NCBI RefSeq assembly: GCF_028641065.1
Contig: NW_026576641.1
Coordinates: 434,001 to 498,000, forward strand
Direction of reading: 5' to 3'
Length of the DNA stretch: 64,000 bases
Origin: Leucoraja erinacea
Taxonomy: Eukaryota
This document shows positions 46,483 to 59,210 of this stretch, in pieces (position 1 is the first letter of the stretch; every line of letters starts with the position of its first letter). The notes beneath the pieces were generated by a model, which saw nothing but the letters and a program-made list of their open reading frames with translations, made no database searches and was not told the origin of the DNA. Both the position numbers and the translations under genes were made by a program.

Positions 46483-47779
46483 TTACAAGTCCTCGCCTTC
46501 CATAGTCCAGGTAACTTATTTCACGCATAAAGATATTTAGCACCTACTCTGGGTAAAAGGCAATGTGTGTTCATCCTATCTCATTCCCTCATTATTTTAT
46601 GCACCACTATAAGATTACCCCTCAACCTCCTGCACTCCAAGGAATAAAGTGCAAGGTAAAGCCAGTAAAGTCCAATTAATTGATAGACACAAAAAGCTGG
46701 AGCAACTAGTTACCAAGGAATAAAGTCCCAGCCTGCCTAACCTCTCGCTGTACCTCAGGCCCCTCGAGTCCTGGCAACTTCCTCATGAGCCTGAAGACAA
46801 AGCTTCATGTACCCTGAGAGTCTCATTTGGTCCCAGTGTGGTTCAGAACAGTAACCTGCATGTGGGAAATGAAAGTCAGACACTTGTTTCAACTCCACTC
46901 TGTAATAAAATCTCAATTGAACGTTTTGCTTGGCACCACTTGGGCCATCGGACCTGCATCCATGCCCGAAGCTAAACTCAACTAGATGTAGATGTGTCTC
47001 GACCCGAAACCTCGCCCATTCCTTCGCTCCATAGATGCTGCCTCGCCCGCTGAGTTTCTCCAGCAATTTTGTCTGACTTAAATGTACAGGCAGATGAGAC
47101 CAGTCTAATTTGACATAATTCGGCACATACATTGTGGGCTCATGTTCTATGTTTAGAGATGCAGCGTGGAAACAGGCCCTTCGGCCCATTGAGTCCACGC
47201 CAACTAGCGATCACCCCATACACTTGCATTAGACTACACACTAGGGACAATTTACAATACTTCTTACCATAGCCAATTAACCTGTCTGAATGAATAAGTT
47301 TATTGGCCAAGTATTCACATACAAGGAATTTGCCTTGGTGCTCCGCCCGCAAGTGACAACATGACATACAGTGACAGTTAGGAATGACACATAAAACATT
47401 AAACATTAATAATAAAACATTATTGATTAAACATGTGAATTAAATAAAATACCAGAGCAAAAGGAGGCTGCAGATTTTTGGTTGTTGAGTAGACCAACTA
47501 CTCGTGGAAAAAAAAGCTGTTTTTATGTCTGGCTGTGGCAGCTTTGACAGTCCGGAGTCGCCTTCCAGAGGGAAGTGATTCAAAGAGTTTGTGGCCAGGG
47601 TGAGAGGGGTCAGAGATGATCTTGCCCGCTCGCTTCCTGGCCCTTGCAGTGTACAGTTCATCAATGGAGGGAAGGTTGACCAGTGTGTCGAAGGACCCGA
47701 AACACCACCCATTCCTTCTCTCCAGAGACGCTGCCTGTCCCGCTGAGTCACTCCAGCTTTTTGTGGCTATCTTCGGTTT

Positions 47780-48330
47780 CAATGGACAATAGACAATAGA
47801 CAGTAGGTGCAGAATGGGCCATTCGGCCCTTCGAGCCAGCACCACCATTCAATGTGATCATGGCTGATCATCCAACTCAGTATCCCGTTCCTGCCTTCTC
47901 CCCATATCCCCCTGACTCCACTATCTTTAAGAGTCCTGTCAAGCTCTCTCTTGAAAGTATCCAGAGAAACAGCCTCCACCGCCCTCCGAGGCAGAGAATT
48001 CCACAGACTCACCACTCTCTGTGAGAAAAAGTGTTTCCTCGTCTCCGTTGTAAATGACTTACTCCTTATTCTTAAACTGTGTGTGGCCCCTGGTTCTGGA
48101 CTCCCCCAACATCCTGCCTCTAGCGTGTCCAAGCCCTGAACAATCTTATATGTTTCAATGAGATATCCTCTCATCCTTCTAAACTCCAGAGTATACAAGC
48201 CCAGCAGCTCCATTCTCTCAGCATATGACAGTCCCGCCATCCCGGGAATTAACCTTGTAAACCTACGCTGCACTCCCTCAACAGCAAGAATGTCCTTCCT
48301 CAAATTAGGGGACCAAAACTGCACACAATA
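47780..48330 (-). mobile_element. CR1-type LINE 3' fragment
   Basis: ORF 47779..48324(-). Confidence 0.88.
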
Positions 48331-48334
48331 TTAT

Positions 48335-48905
48335 TATTATTATTAAAGCTTTATTTCAGACACAGGTCCATATACACATCAAACAGTACAAAGAATTACA
48401 AAGATACATTAAGAAATTGCATATTAGCCTAAAATATATACAAGCTATTGCACCAATGCCATCTTAGCCTAGAAGTGAATCTATAGCAGCTTTTCAGAGG
48501 GCTGACTAAGGTTTCAATTATGTGGTTCTCTGATTTGTCCAGGCGACACATAAAACTAAACATCAGCTGTCTTAAGAGTGCCTCACAGGTTGGCACTCTA
48601 GTGGACACAAACAATTGACTGGCACTATGCCACCTAGGGACACGAAGTAGCAACCTCATTGCATCATTGTATGCTACCTTAAGCCTCTGCATACTCTTTT
48701 TCTTATACTTAGACCACAATTGAGCAGTATATAACGGTGTGATGTAGGTTCTGAACAGGGAACACTTCACATGGTCAGAGCACATATAAAACTTCCTTAT
48801 AAGCATGTTGGCTTGAAGATAAATTTTACAGCGCTGTCGGTAGAGGTCTTTGTCATCCTTCCAGTCATCAGATATGACATGACCTAGGTATTTAATTTCC
48901 TCTCA
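48335..48905 (-). mobile_element. L2/Crack-like LINE 3' fragment
   Basis: KYLGH...MLIRKFYMCSDHVKCSLFRTYITPLYTAQLW...LKVAYNDAMRLLL, ending in aataaa/(aat)n. Confidence 0.65.
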
Positions 48906-49424
48906 CACTGCAAGAATACTCCAAGTGTGGTCTCACTAGGGTTCTGTACAACCAGCATATGCAGGTCCTTGCTTCACATTTGACCTGCAAACCGGTGCAT
49001 CTTTGGAGTGTGGGAGGAAACCAGGGGAAAACCCATGCAGGAGAAGGTACAAACTCTGTACAGACAGCACCCGTAGCCAGGATCGAACCCGGGTCTCCGG
49101 CGCTGTGAGGCAGCAACTCTACCGCTGCGCCACCGTGCCACCCTTAATGTTCTATGACTCTATGCTGCAGTCAGTGAGAGAATTGTCCCAACCTCCACTC
49201 TGGGAAAGCCCCAGAGGAAGCTCATCAGTTTCATTGAGGTTATCGAAGACCTCGAGAAAACCCCATCCTCTTGTTCGGGTTTTTTCCCTCGATAATTCAG
49301 TAACCAATTTGGGCTGAACATTTGAGATAAAAATATATTTTAATCATTCATACTCCCTAATGTAGGCTACTAACCACTGGGTTTTCAGATTAAGGCATCA
49401 CTCCCTGAAGAGCTCAATGCACGC

Positions 49425-49995
49425 TTTACATAGAAACATAGAAAATAGGTGCAGGAGGAGGCCATTCGGCCCTTTGAGCCAGCACCACCATTCATTGTGA
49501 TCATGGTTGCTCATCCCCAATCAATAACCCGTGCCTGCCTTCTCCCCATATCCCTTGACTCCACTAGCCCCTAGAGCTCTATCTAACTCTCTCTCTCAAA
49601 TCCATCCAGTGACTTGGCCTCCACTGCCCTCTGCGGCAGGGAATTCCACAAATTCACAACTCTCTGGGTGAAAACGTTTTTTCTCACCTCAGTCTTAAAT
49701 GGCCTCCCCTTTATTCTAAGACTGTGTGTGGCCCCTGGTTCTGGACTCGCCCAACACTGGAAACATTTTTCCTGCATCTAGCTTGTCCAGTCCTTTTATA
49801 ATGTTATATGTTTCTATAAGATCCCCCCCCCTCATCCTTCTAAACTCCAGTGAATACAAGCCTAGTCTTTTCAATCTTTCCTCATATGACAGTCCCGCCA
49901 TCCCGGGGATCAATCTCGTGAACCTACACTGCACTGCCTCAATCACAAGGATGTCCTTCCTCAAATTAGGAGAGCAAAATTGTACACAATACTCC
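49425..49995 (-). mobile_element. CR1-type LINE 3' fragment
   Basis: RKDILVIEAVQCRFTRLIPGMAGLSYEERL. Confidence 0.85.
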
Positions 49996-50844
49996 TTACT
50001 TGCCGACCTGTGGCACTAACATCCGTGGTCTCACCAGAGCCCTATACAACTGCTTTGATAGGGAGAAGACTGATGTGCCTTCCCGAACCCCCATACACAC
50101 TAATGTTATTACAGTCACAGTCACAGAGGCCGACGTCAGAATATCCGTCAGGGAGGGTGAACCCTCGGAAAGTGCCTGGACCTGGCTGAGTTCTCAAAAC
50201 CTATGCATACCAACTGGTTGGAGTTTTTTTTAGAGGTATAGCATGGAAACAGGCCCTTCGGCCCACCGGGTCTGCCTGGCCAGCGATCCCCACACATTAA
50301 CGCTATCCCAAACCCGCTAGGGATATTTTTTTTAACATTACTCTCCCAGTCTCCTGATCGCATGGGCAGATCGCTTGCAGACAGCGCCCGTAGTCGGGAT
50401 CGAACCCAGGTTACCGGCGCTGCATTCGCTGTAAGGCAGCAACTCTACCGCTGCGCCACCCAGTCACCCTCTCGACACTGAGGCCTGTGGTTCCCACCTG
50501 CTTTAAGCGGGCATCAATAATACTGGTGCCCAAGAAAAGTAAGGTGACGTGCCTCAACGACCAATGACTTGCGGCACTAACATCCACGGTGATGAAATGC
50601 TTTGAGAGGTTGGTTATGGCACATATTTGTGAGTCTGTGGAATTCTCTGCCTCCGTGGAGGCCGGTTCTCTGGATACTTTCAAGAGAGAGCTAAATAGGA
50701 CTCTTTTTGATAGCCAAGTCAGGGGATATGGGGAGAAGGCAGGAACGGGGTACTGATTGGGGATGATCAGCCATGATCACATTGAATGGCGGTGCTGGCT
50801 CGAAGGGCCGACTGGCCTACTCCTGCACCTGTTGTCTATTGTCT

Positions 50845-51230
50845 ACCCAAGCAAAATATGAGGTGCTGCTCCTCCAATTTAAGGTGATCTTCACTCTGGC
50901 CATGGAGGAGGCCCAGGACAGAAAGGTCGGATTGGGAATGGGAGGGGGAGTTGAAGTGCTGAGCCACCGGGAGATCAGGTTGGTTATTGCGGACTGAGCG
51001 GAGGTGTTGGGCGAAACGATCGCCAAGCCTGCGCTTGGTCTCACCGATGTAGAGCAGCTGACACCTAGAGCAGCGGATGCAATAGATGAGGTTGGAGGAG
51101 GTGCAGGTGAACCTCTGTCGCACATGGAAAGACAGCTTGGGTCCTTGGATGGAGTTAAGTGTGGGGGTGTGGGGTAAAGAGACAAGTGTAGCATTTCCTG
51201 CGGTTGCACGGGAAAGTACCAGGGGAAGGT
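50845..51230 (-). mobile_element. Penelope-like element GIY-YIG fragment
   Basis: FHVRQRFTCTSSNLIYCIRCSRCQLLYIGETKRRLGDRFAQHL; the YIG motif is intact. Confidence 0.88.
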
Positions 51231-51739
51231 GGGAAGCAGGCATATGAGATGGCATCATGTTCGACACAGACTCTGCAGGCTAACGGTGATGTTCCTACGC
51301 TGCACTGCTCTCTGGTTTCTCCGGCAGAGGCGTTCCTTATCGAAGTCAGGAAGCTTCATGCAGAATTATGCTGACACTATCTTGAACACAAAATAAAGAG
51401 CTTGTGTTGGTTAACCACAACGATGGAGCAGAAAGGAATTGGGTGCAAAATGTGTCAACTGAACTGCTAAAGATAGTCTGCGGGGGTAAACTGCACATTG
51501 CAAAAAGCGTTCCACAATGACATTGTTGTGTGTCATGTTAGAGCTGGGTGTTTGCACTAATTATATCCTCAGAAAACAAAAACTGCAACTCATCACAAAT
51601 ATCTTGTTCCAACTTCTCAATGGCACCCAGAAGGTTCAAAGGTCGGTGAGAGGGGATCTTATAGAGACATATCAAATTCTCAAAGGATTCCCAAACCACA
51701 TCACGAGGTTAATTCACAGGATGATGGGACTGTCATATG

Positions 51740-54700
51740 TTAGACAATAGACAATAGACAATAGGTGCAGGAGGGGGCCATTCGGCCCTTCGAGCCAGCA
51801 CCACCATTCAATGTGATCATGGCTGATCATCCCCAATCAGTACCCCGTTCCTGCCTTCTCCCCATATCCCCCGACTCCACTACCTTTAAGCCCTATCTAG
51901 CTCACTCTTGAAAGCATCCAGAGAACCTGCCTCTACCGCCCTCTGAGGCAGAGAATTCCACAGACTCACAACTCTGTGAGAAAAAGTGTTTCCTCGTCTC
52001 CGTTCTAAATGGCTTATCCCTTATTCTTAAACAGTGTGGCCCCTGGTTCTGGACTCCCCCAACATCGGGAACATGTTTCCTGCCTCTAGCGTGTCCAAGC
52101 CCTTAGCAATCTTATACGTTTCAATGAGATTTCCTCTCATCCTTCTAAACTCCAGAGTGTACAAGCCCAGCCGTTCCATTCTCTCACCTTATAATCCAGT
52201 CTCGCCATCCCGGGAATTAACCTTGTAAACCTACGCTGCACTCCCTCAATAGCAAGAATGTCCTTCCTCAAATTAGGGGACCAAAACCACACACAATACT
52301 CCAGGTGTGGTCTCACTAGGGCCCTGTACAACTGCAGAACAACCTCTTTGCTCCTATACTCAACTCCTCTTGTTATAAATGCCAACAGGCCATTATGTTG
52401 ATAGAATGGAGTGGGTCTTTTTTAAAATTTCAGTTCTTTATTTCAGACTCAAGGTCCTGACAAGGAACAACATTGCATAAAAATACATTGCATATAAAAA
52501 CACCATGAAATACATATAAATTCTTAATATATCACATAAAAGCATCATAAATTATATATTAAAAAAACACAATACATGATTTGAAATCCAGAATAAAAAA
52601 GAAAGATCAGAAAAATCTCATTGAAACATATATGATTATTAAGGGCCTGGACATGCTAGAGGCAGGAAACATGTTCCCGATGTTGGGGGAGTCCAGAACC
52701 AGGGTCCGAGTTTATGAACAAGGGGTCGGCCATTTAGGACTGAGATGAGGAAAAATCTTTTCAATCCAGAGAGTTGTGAATCTGTGGAATTCTCTGCTGC
52801 AGAAGGCAGTGGAGGCCAATTCACTGGATGTTTTCAAGAGAGAGTTGGATATAGCTCTTAGGGCTGAGAAAATCAAGGGGTATGGGGAGAAAGCAGGAAT
52901 GGGGTACTGATTGTGGATGATCAGCCATGATCACATTGAATGGCGGTGCTAGCTCGAAGGGCTGAATGGCCTCCTCCTGCACCTATTGTCTATGTTTCTG
53001 TGACTCCACCCAGGAGAAACATCACCGTCGCTCCTCTGAAAGATTTTTCAGTTTTATTGAAGTAATCCCTTATTCTCCCGGCCTCCGGAGTATAGAACTG
53101 GTAATGTCCAAGTCTCTGTCTGGGCAAATTCTTCTGTAACATGCAAACTCTGCACAGACAGCACCGGAGGTGGGGATTGAACCTGGGTCTCTGGCGCTGT
53201 GAGACAGCAGCTTTACCCGCTGCCCTCCTCTGCCGCCCCTCAATGAGGTTGTTTGAAAACTTACAGAGATGCTTCGTTAAAACACAAATACTCTGCAATA
53301 GGCAATGGACAATAGACAACAGGTGCAGGAGTAGGCCATTTGGCCCTTCGAGCCAGCACCGCCATTCAATGTGATCATGGCTGATCATCCCCGAATCAGT
53401 ACCCCGTTCCTGCCTTCTCCCCATATCCCTTAACTCCGCTATCTTTAAGAGACCTATCTAGCTCACTCTTGAAAGTATCCAGAGAACCGGCCTCCACCGC
53501 CCTCTGAGGCAGAGAATTCCACAGACTCACAACTTTGTGAGAAAAAGTGTTTCCTCATCTCCATTCTAAATGGCTTACCCCTTATTCTTAAACTGTGTGT
53601 GGCCCCTGGTTCTGGACTCCCCCAACATCGGGAACATGTTTCCTGCCTCTAGCGTGTCCAAACCCTTAGCAATCTTATACATTTCAATAAAATCCCCTCT
53701 CATCCTTCTAAACTTCAGAGTGTACAAGCCCAGCCGCTTCATTCTCCCAGCGTATGACAGTCCCACCATCCCGGGAATTAACCTGGTAAACCTACGCTGC
53801 ACTCCGTCAATAGCAAGAATGTCCTTCCTCAAATTTGGAGACCAAAACTGTACACAATACTCCACGTGTGGTCTCACCAGGGCCCTGTACAACTGCAGGT
53901 TCCCTGTGAGTTATAATTTGTGAATTTCTAAACTATTAGTCAAATATAATTTCACTTTCATGACTATATTGACTTTTACCAGTTGGATGATTAGTTTCTA
54001 AATCTTCCGTTACCACTTCCTTAATGGTGGTTTCTAGCCTGTGATGTCAAGCCAGCTGATCTGTAATTCCCCATTTAGTTCCCACCTCCCCCTGCCTTTC
54101 CATGCCTGGGTGTTAGATCTTCCCCTTGTATCTGTGAGAACCCACTTTGTTTCTGTGAGAGTTTGGAAAGTGAATCACAAGGAAATGAGGCCAGCTCAAG
54201 AATGCAACCTGGTCGGCATTATCGAGTTGGGTTGAAGTACCCGTTTCCATTCTGTCTGACACTGGGAAGAATGCAACCATGACCTCCATTGTCCTGGTTA
54301 TGAGGCATTAATATGTTGGACACATCGGATCTTGGGAATTATTTAGTGTTCAACCCCTTTGGTTTCCCATTGAATTATTAATTGAGAGATACAGCATGGA
54401 AACTGGCCCGGAGATAGACACAAAATGCTGCAATATTAGACAATAGACAATAGACAATAGTTGCAGGAGTAGGCCATTCAGCCCTTTGAGCCAGCACCGC
54501 CATTCAATGTGATCATGGCTGATCATCCCCAATCAGTAACCCGTTCCTGCCTTCTCCCCATATCCCCTGACTCCGCTATCTTTAACATAGAAACATAGAA
54601 AATAGGTGCAGGAGTAGGCCATTCGGCCCTTTGAGCCTGCACCGCCATTCAATATGATCATGGCTGATCATCCAACTCAGGATCCTGTTCCTGCCTTCTC

Positions 54701-55040
54701 TCCATACCCCCTGATCCCTTTAGCCACAAGGGCCACATATAACTCCCTCTTAAATATAGCCAATGAACTGGCCTCAACTACCTTCTGTGGCAGAGAATTC
54801 CAGAGATTCACCACTCTCTGTGTGAAAAAGGTTTTCCTCATCTTGGTCCTAAAAGATTTCCCCCTTATCCTTAAACTGTGACCCCTTGTTCTGGGCCCTA
54901 TCCAGAAGCCCTATCCAGCTCTCTCTTGAACGCATCCAGAGAACCAGCATACACCATCCTCTGAGGCAGAGAATTCCACACTCACAACTCTCTGTGAGAA
55001 AAAGTGTTTCCTTGTCTCCATTCTAAATGGCATACCCCTT
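51740..55040. mobile_element. Cluster of CR1 3' fragments (mostly minus strand) including duplicated block copy 2
   Basis: CR1 peptides at 52137..52385(-), 53575..53892(-) and nested tails at 54435-55040. Confidence 0.8.
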
Positions 55041-55199
55041 ATTCTTAAAATGTGACCCATGGCATGAGACGAGGAAACAATTTTTATCGCTGCTTGCTAA
55101 TTCATTTCACTGCACCTTACTTCATATGACAAGTAAATCTGGCCCTTGAACCTTGAACCTTGTACAGCTGCAGAGAAGCTATCCTGAGTCTGGAGGTTG

Positions 55200-55600
55200 T
55201 TTAAGAAGGAACTGCAGATGCTGGAGAATCAAAGGTAGACAAAAATGCTGCAGAAGCTCAGCGGGTCAGGCATCATCTATGGAGCGAAGGAATAGGTGAA
55301 GTTTCGGGTTGAGACCCTTCTTCAGACTGATGTGGGGGGGGGGGATGGGAAGAAGAAAGGAAGAGGCGGAGACAGTGGGCTGAGGGAGAGCTGAGAAGAG
55401 GAGGAGAAAGCAGGGACTACCTGAAATTGGAGAAGTCAATGTTCATACCGCTGGGGTGTAAACTACCCAAGCAAAATATGAGGTGCTGCTCCTCCAATTT
55501 ACGGTGGGACTCACTATGGCCATGGGGGAGGCCCAGGACAGAAAGGTCAGATTCGGAATGGGAGTGGGAGTTGAAGTGCTGAGCCACCGGGAGATCAGGT
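55200..55600 (-). mobile_element. Penelope-like element 3' fragment
   Basis: PDLPVAQHFNSHSHSESDLSVLGL...HPSGMNIDFSNFR and terminal motif at 55298-55325(-). Confidence 0.85.
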
Positions 55601-56556
55601 AGGTTAATGCCTGCTCCACACAGCAACATGCAAACTCCACACAGACAGCAGGGTCGAACCTGCGTCTCTTGCGCTGTGAGCATTAACCAACCTGATCTCC
55701 CAGTGGCTCAGCACTTCAACTCCCCCTCCCATTCCAAATCCGACCTTTCTGTCCAGAGTCTGGAGGTGTGCGTTTTCACCCTTATGCACCACTTGCCTAA
55801 TGGGAGAGGGGGAAAGGGAGTGGCTGTGATTAGGCTGGTCCGATGTTTTGTTGGACTAATTCAAGTGTATCTCACTTTTGCATCCACTCTCTGCACGCTG
55901 GGGGCAATTTACAGAGGCCAAATAACCTACAAACCCACACGTCTTTTAGATGTGGGAAGACACCTGAGCACACACCCAGTGGCAGACTGGGTCTAAACAT
56001 ATTGGATGTCAGGAGACAAAGGGGGGCCACCCACATCTACAATGCTATCATTTAACAGGGGCCCACTTGCCATCACTTGCTATCACATCATCAGGGGCCC
56101 ACTTGCCATCGGGCAAGCTGACACCCTGGCCAGTCCGCCACTGACCCAGAGAAAACCCACGTGGTCACGGGGAGAACATGCAAACTCCACACAGACAGCA
56201 CCCAAGGTCAGGGTCGAACCTGCGTCACATGCGCTGTGAGGCAGCAACTGCGCAAGCTGAACCACAGCAACGTCCAGGTGCATTAATGGGTTCTACGCTA
56301 GTTCTAAACTGATATATTCATTCTTTTGAGCGCCATTTATCCAAATGTTTATCTGTCCATTTTATCAACTGTTGCTTCCTGACCCACTGAGTTTGTGCAG
56401 CATTTTGTGTTCTGCTGCAACTTATTGTTTGTTTCCTGTTCTCATTTCCAGTTCTCCATTCTGCCTTAACCATCTCACATCTCAAACCTCTGAAGATCGC
56501 TTCTTGAAGATTTAAGATCCCAATACGAGATTGAACGAAATCATTTTTAATACCTA

Positions 56557-58022
56557 AAGGGCATTCAGAAAGTATTCAGACCCCTTCACTTTTTCCACAT
56601 TTTGTTATGTTACAACCTAATTCTAAAATGGATTCAATTCTCTTTTTTTTATCATCAATCTACACACAATACCCCATAAAAAAAAAGTGAAAACAGGTGT
56701 TTAAACATTTTTGCAAAGTAATTAAACAGAAATAATTGAAATATCACATTTACATAAGTATTCAGACCCTTTACTCAGTACTTTGTTGAGGCACCTTTGG
56801 CAGCGATTACAGTCTCAAGTCTTCTTGGGTATGATGCTACAAGCTTGGCACACCTGTATTTGGGTAATTTCTCCCATTCTTCTCTGCAGATCCTCTCAAG
56901 CTCTGTCAGGTTGGACGGGGAGTGTCAATGCACAGCTATTTTCAGGTCCCTCCAGAGATGTTCGATCGGGTTCAAGTCCGGGCTCTGGCTGGGCCACTCA
57001 AGGACATTCACAGACTTGTCACAAAGCCACTCCTGCATTGTCTTGGCTGTGTGCTTAGGGTCGTTGTCCTGTTGGAAGGTGAACCTCTGCCCCAGTCCGA
57101 GGTCCAGAACGCTCTGGAGCAGGTTTTCATCAAGGATCTCTCTATACTTTGCTCCGTTCATCTTTCCCTCGATCCTGTATCTCCCAGTTCCTGCCGCAGA
57201 AAACCATCCTCACAGCATATTGCTAACTGCCACCAGCATGCTTCACCTTGATGAGCGGTGCCTGGTATCCTCCAGATATCACGCTCGGCATTTAGGCCAA
57301 AGAGCTTAATCTTGGTTTCATCAGACCAGAGAATCTTGTTTCGCATGGTCTGAGAGTCCTTTAGGTGCCTTTTGGCAAACTCCAAGCGGGCTGTCATGTA
57401 CCTTTTACTGAGGAGTGGCTTCCTTCTGGCCACCCTACCATAAAGGCCTGATTGGTGGAGTGTTGCAGATATAGTTGTCCTTCTGGAAGTTTCTCCCATC
57501 TCCACAGAGGAACTCTGGAGCTCTGTCAGAGTGACCATCGGGTTCTTGGTCACCTCCCTGACCAAGGCCCTTCTCCCCAGATTGCTCAGTTTGGCCGGGC
57601 GGCCAGCTCTATGAAGAGTCCTGGTGATTCCAAATTTCTTCCATTTAAGAATGACAGAGGCCACTGTGCTCTTCAGGACCTGCAATGCTGCAGCAATTGT
57701 TTTATTCCCTTCCCCAGATCCGTGTCTCGACACAATCCTGTCTCGGAGATCTACGGACAATTCCTCCATCTTCATGGCTTGGTTTTTGCTCTGACATGCA
57801 CAGTCAACTGTGGGACCTGATATAGACAGGTGTGTGCCTTTCCAAATCATGTCCAATCAATTTAATTTACCACTGCTGGACTCCAATTAAGTTGCAGAAA
57901 CATCTGTAGGATAATCAATGAAAACAGGATGAACCTAAACTCAATTTTGAGTGTCATAGCTAAGGGTCTGATTACTTATGTAAATGTGATATTTCAGTTA
58001 TGTATTTTTAATTACTTTGCAA
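56557..58022 (-). mobile_element. Tc1-family (DD34E, IR/DR type) DNA transposon, defective, right ITR truncated
   Basis: Minus-strand transposase pieces: paired-like HTH (LSVDLRDRIVSRH...GRPAKLS), [14 protein letters not shown] and [11 protein letters not shown] with 34 residues between D and E. Direct repeat aagtattcagaccc occurs twice in the left ITR (about 56570 and 56756) and once inverted at about 57964. Frameshift and deletion near 57160-57260. Confidence 0.93.
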
Positions 58023-58039
58023 CAATCATTTAATAATCA

Positions 58040-58670
58040 TATATGTTTCAATAAGATGCCCTCTCATCCTTCTAAACTCCAGAGTATACAAGCCCAGCCT
58101 CTCCATTCTCTCAGCATATTACAGTCCCCCAATCCCAGGAATTAACTTTGTAAACCTACGCTGCACTCCCTCAATAGCAAGAATGTCATTCCTCAAATTT
58201 GGAGACCAGAACTGCACACAATATTCCAGGTGTGGTCTCACTGGGGCCCTCTACAACTGCAGAAGGACCTCTATGCTCCTAAACTCAATATTCAGTTCTC
58301 AGCCCTGTTCCGCTTGCAGCCAAGTCTCTGTAATTCCCACAACATCATACTTGCCAACTTGTAACCAAGCCTCAAGCTCATCCACTTTATTTCTTATACT
58401 TAGTGCATTGATATATAATACTTTAAATCCATTACTCACCTCACTTTTCACATCGATTCCTATTTCACTTGACCAGACTCTCCTATCCCTTCCTAAGCTT
58501 CCTGCCCCGTTAAACCTACTGTCTTTCTTAACTTTTCTTATACTCACTTTCCCTTTAACTCCATCCTTATATCTCCAGTTTGTCCCCCCCCCCCCCCCCC
58601 CCCCCCCCACTATTCAGTTTAAACCCACCCGTGTAGCAGTGGCAAACCTGCCTGCTAGAATACTCACTCT
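58040..58670 (-). mobile_element. CR1 fragments including the ORF2 N-terminal endonuclease start
   Basis: KVLYINALSIRNKVDELEAWLQVGKYDVVGITETWL (APE endonuclease motif I-II). Confidence 0.85.
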
Positions 58671-58679
58671 CCTCTTGTT

Positions 58680-59210
58680 CAAGTTCAAGTGAGTTTATTG
58701 TCATGTGTCCCTGATAGGACAATAGAATTCTTGCTTTGCTTCAGCACACAGAACATAGTAGGCATTGACTACAAAACAGATCAGTGTGTCCATATACCAT
58801 TAAATAAATATATACACACACGAATAAATAAACTGATGCAAATCAAAGTGCAAATAACAGATAATGGGTTATTAATAATCAGAGTTTTGTCCGAGCCAGG
58901 TTTAATAGCCTGATGGCTGTGGGGAAGCAGCTATTCCTGAACCTGGATGTTGCAGTCTTCAGGCTCCTGTACCTTCTACCTGAAGGTAGCGGGGAGATGA
59001 GTGTGTGGCCAGGATGGTGTGGGTCTTTGATGATACTGCCAGCCTTTTTGAGGCAGCGACTGCAATAGATCCCCTCGATGGAAGGAAGGTCAGAGCCGGT
59101 GATGGACTGGGCAGTGTTTACTACTTGTTGTGGTCTTTTCCTCTCCAGGGCGCTCAAGTTGCCGAACCAAGCCACGATGCAACCGATCAGCATGCTCTCT
59201 ACTGTGCAAC
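58680..59210 (-). mobile_element. Rex1/Babar-like LINE 3' fragment
   Basis: CTVESMLIGCIVAWFGNLS...LPSGRRYRSLKTATSRFRNSCFPTAIRLLN. Confidence 0.85.
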
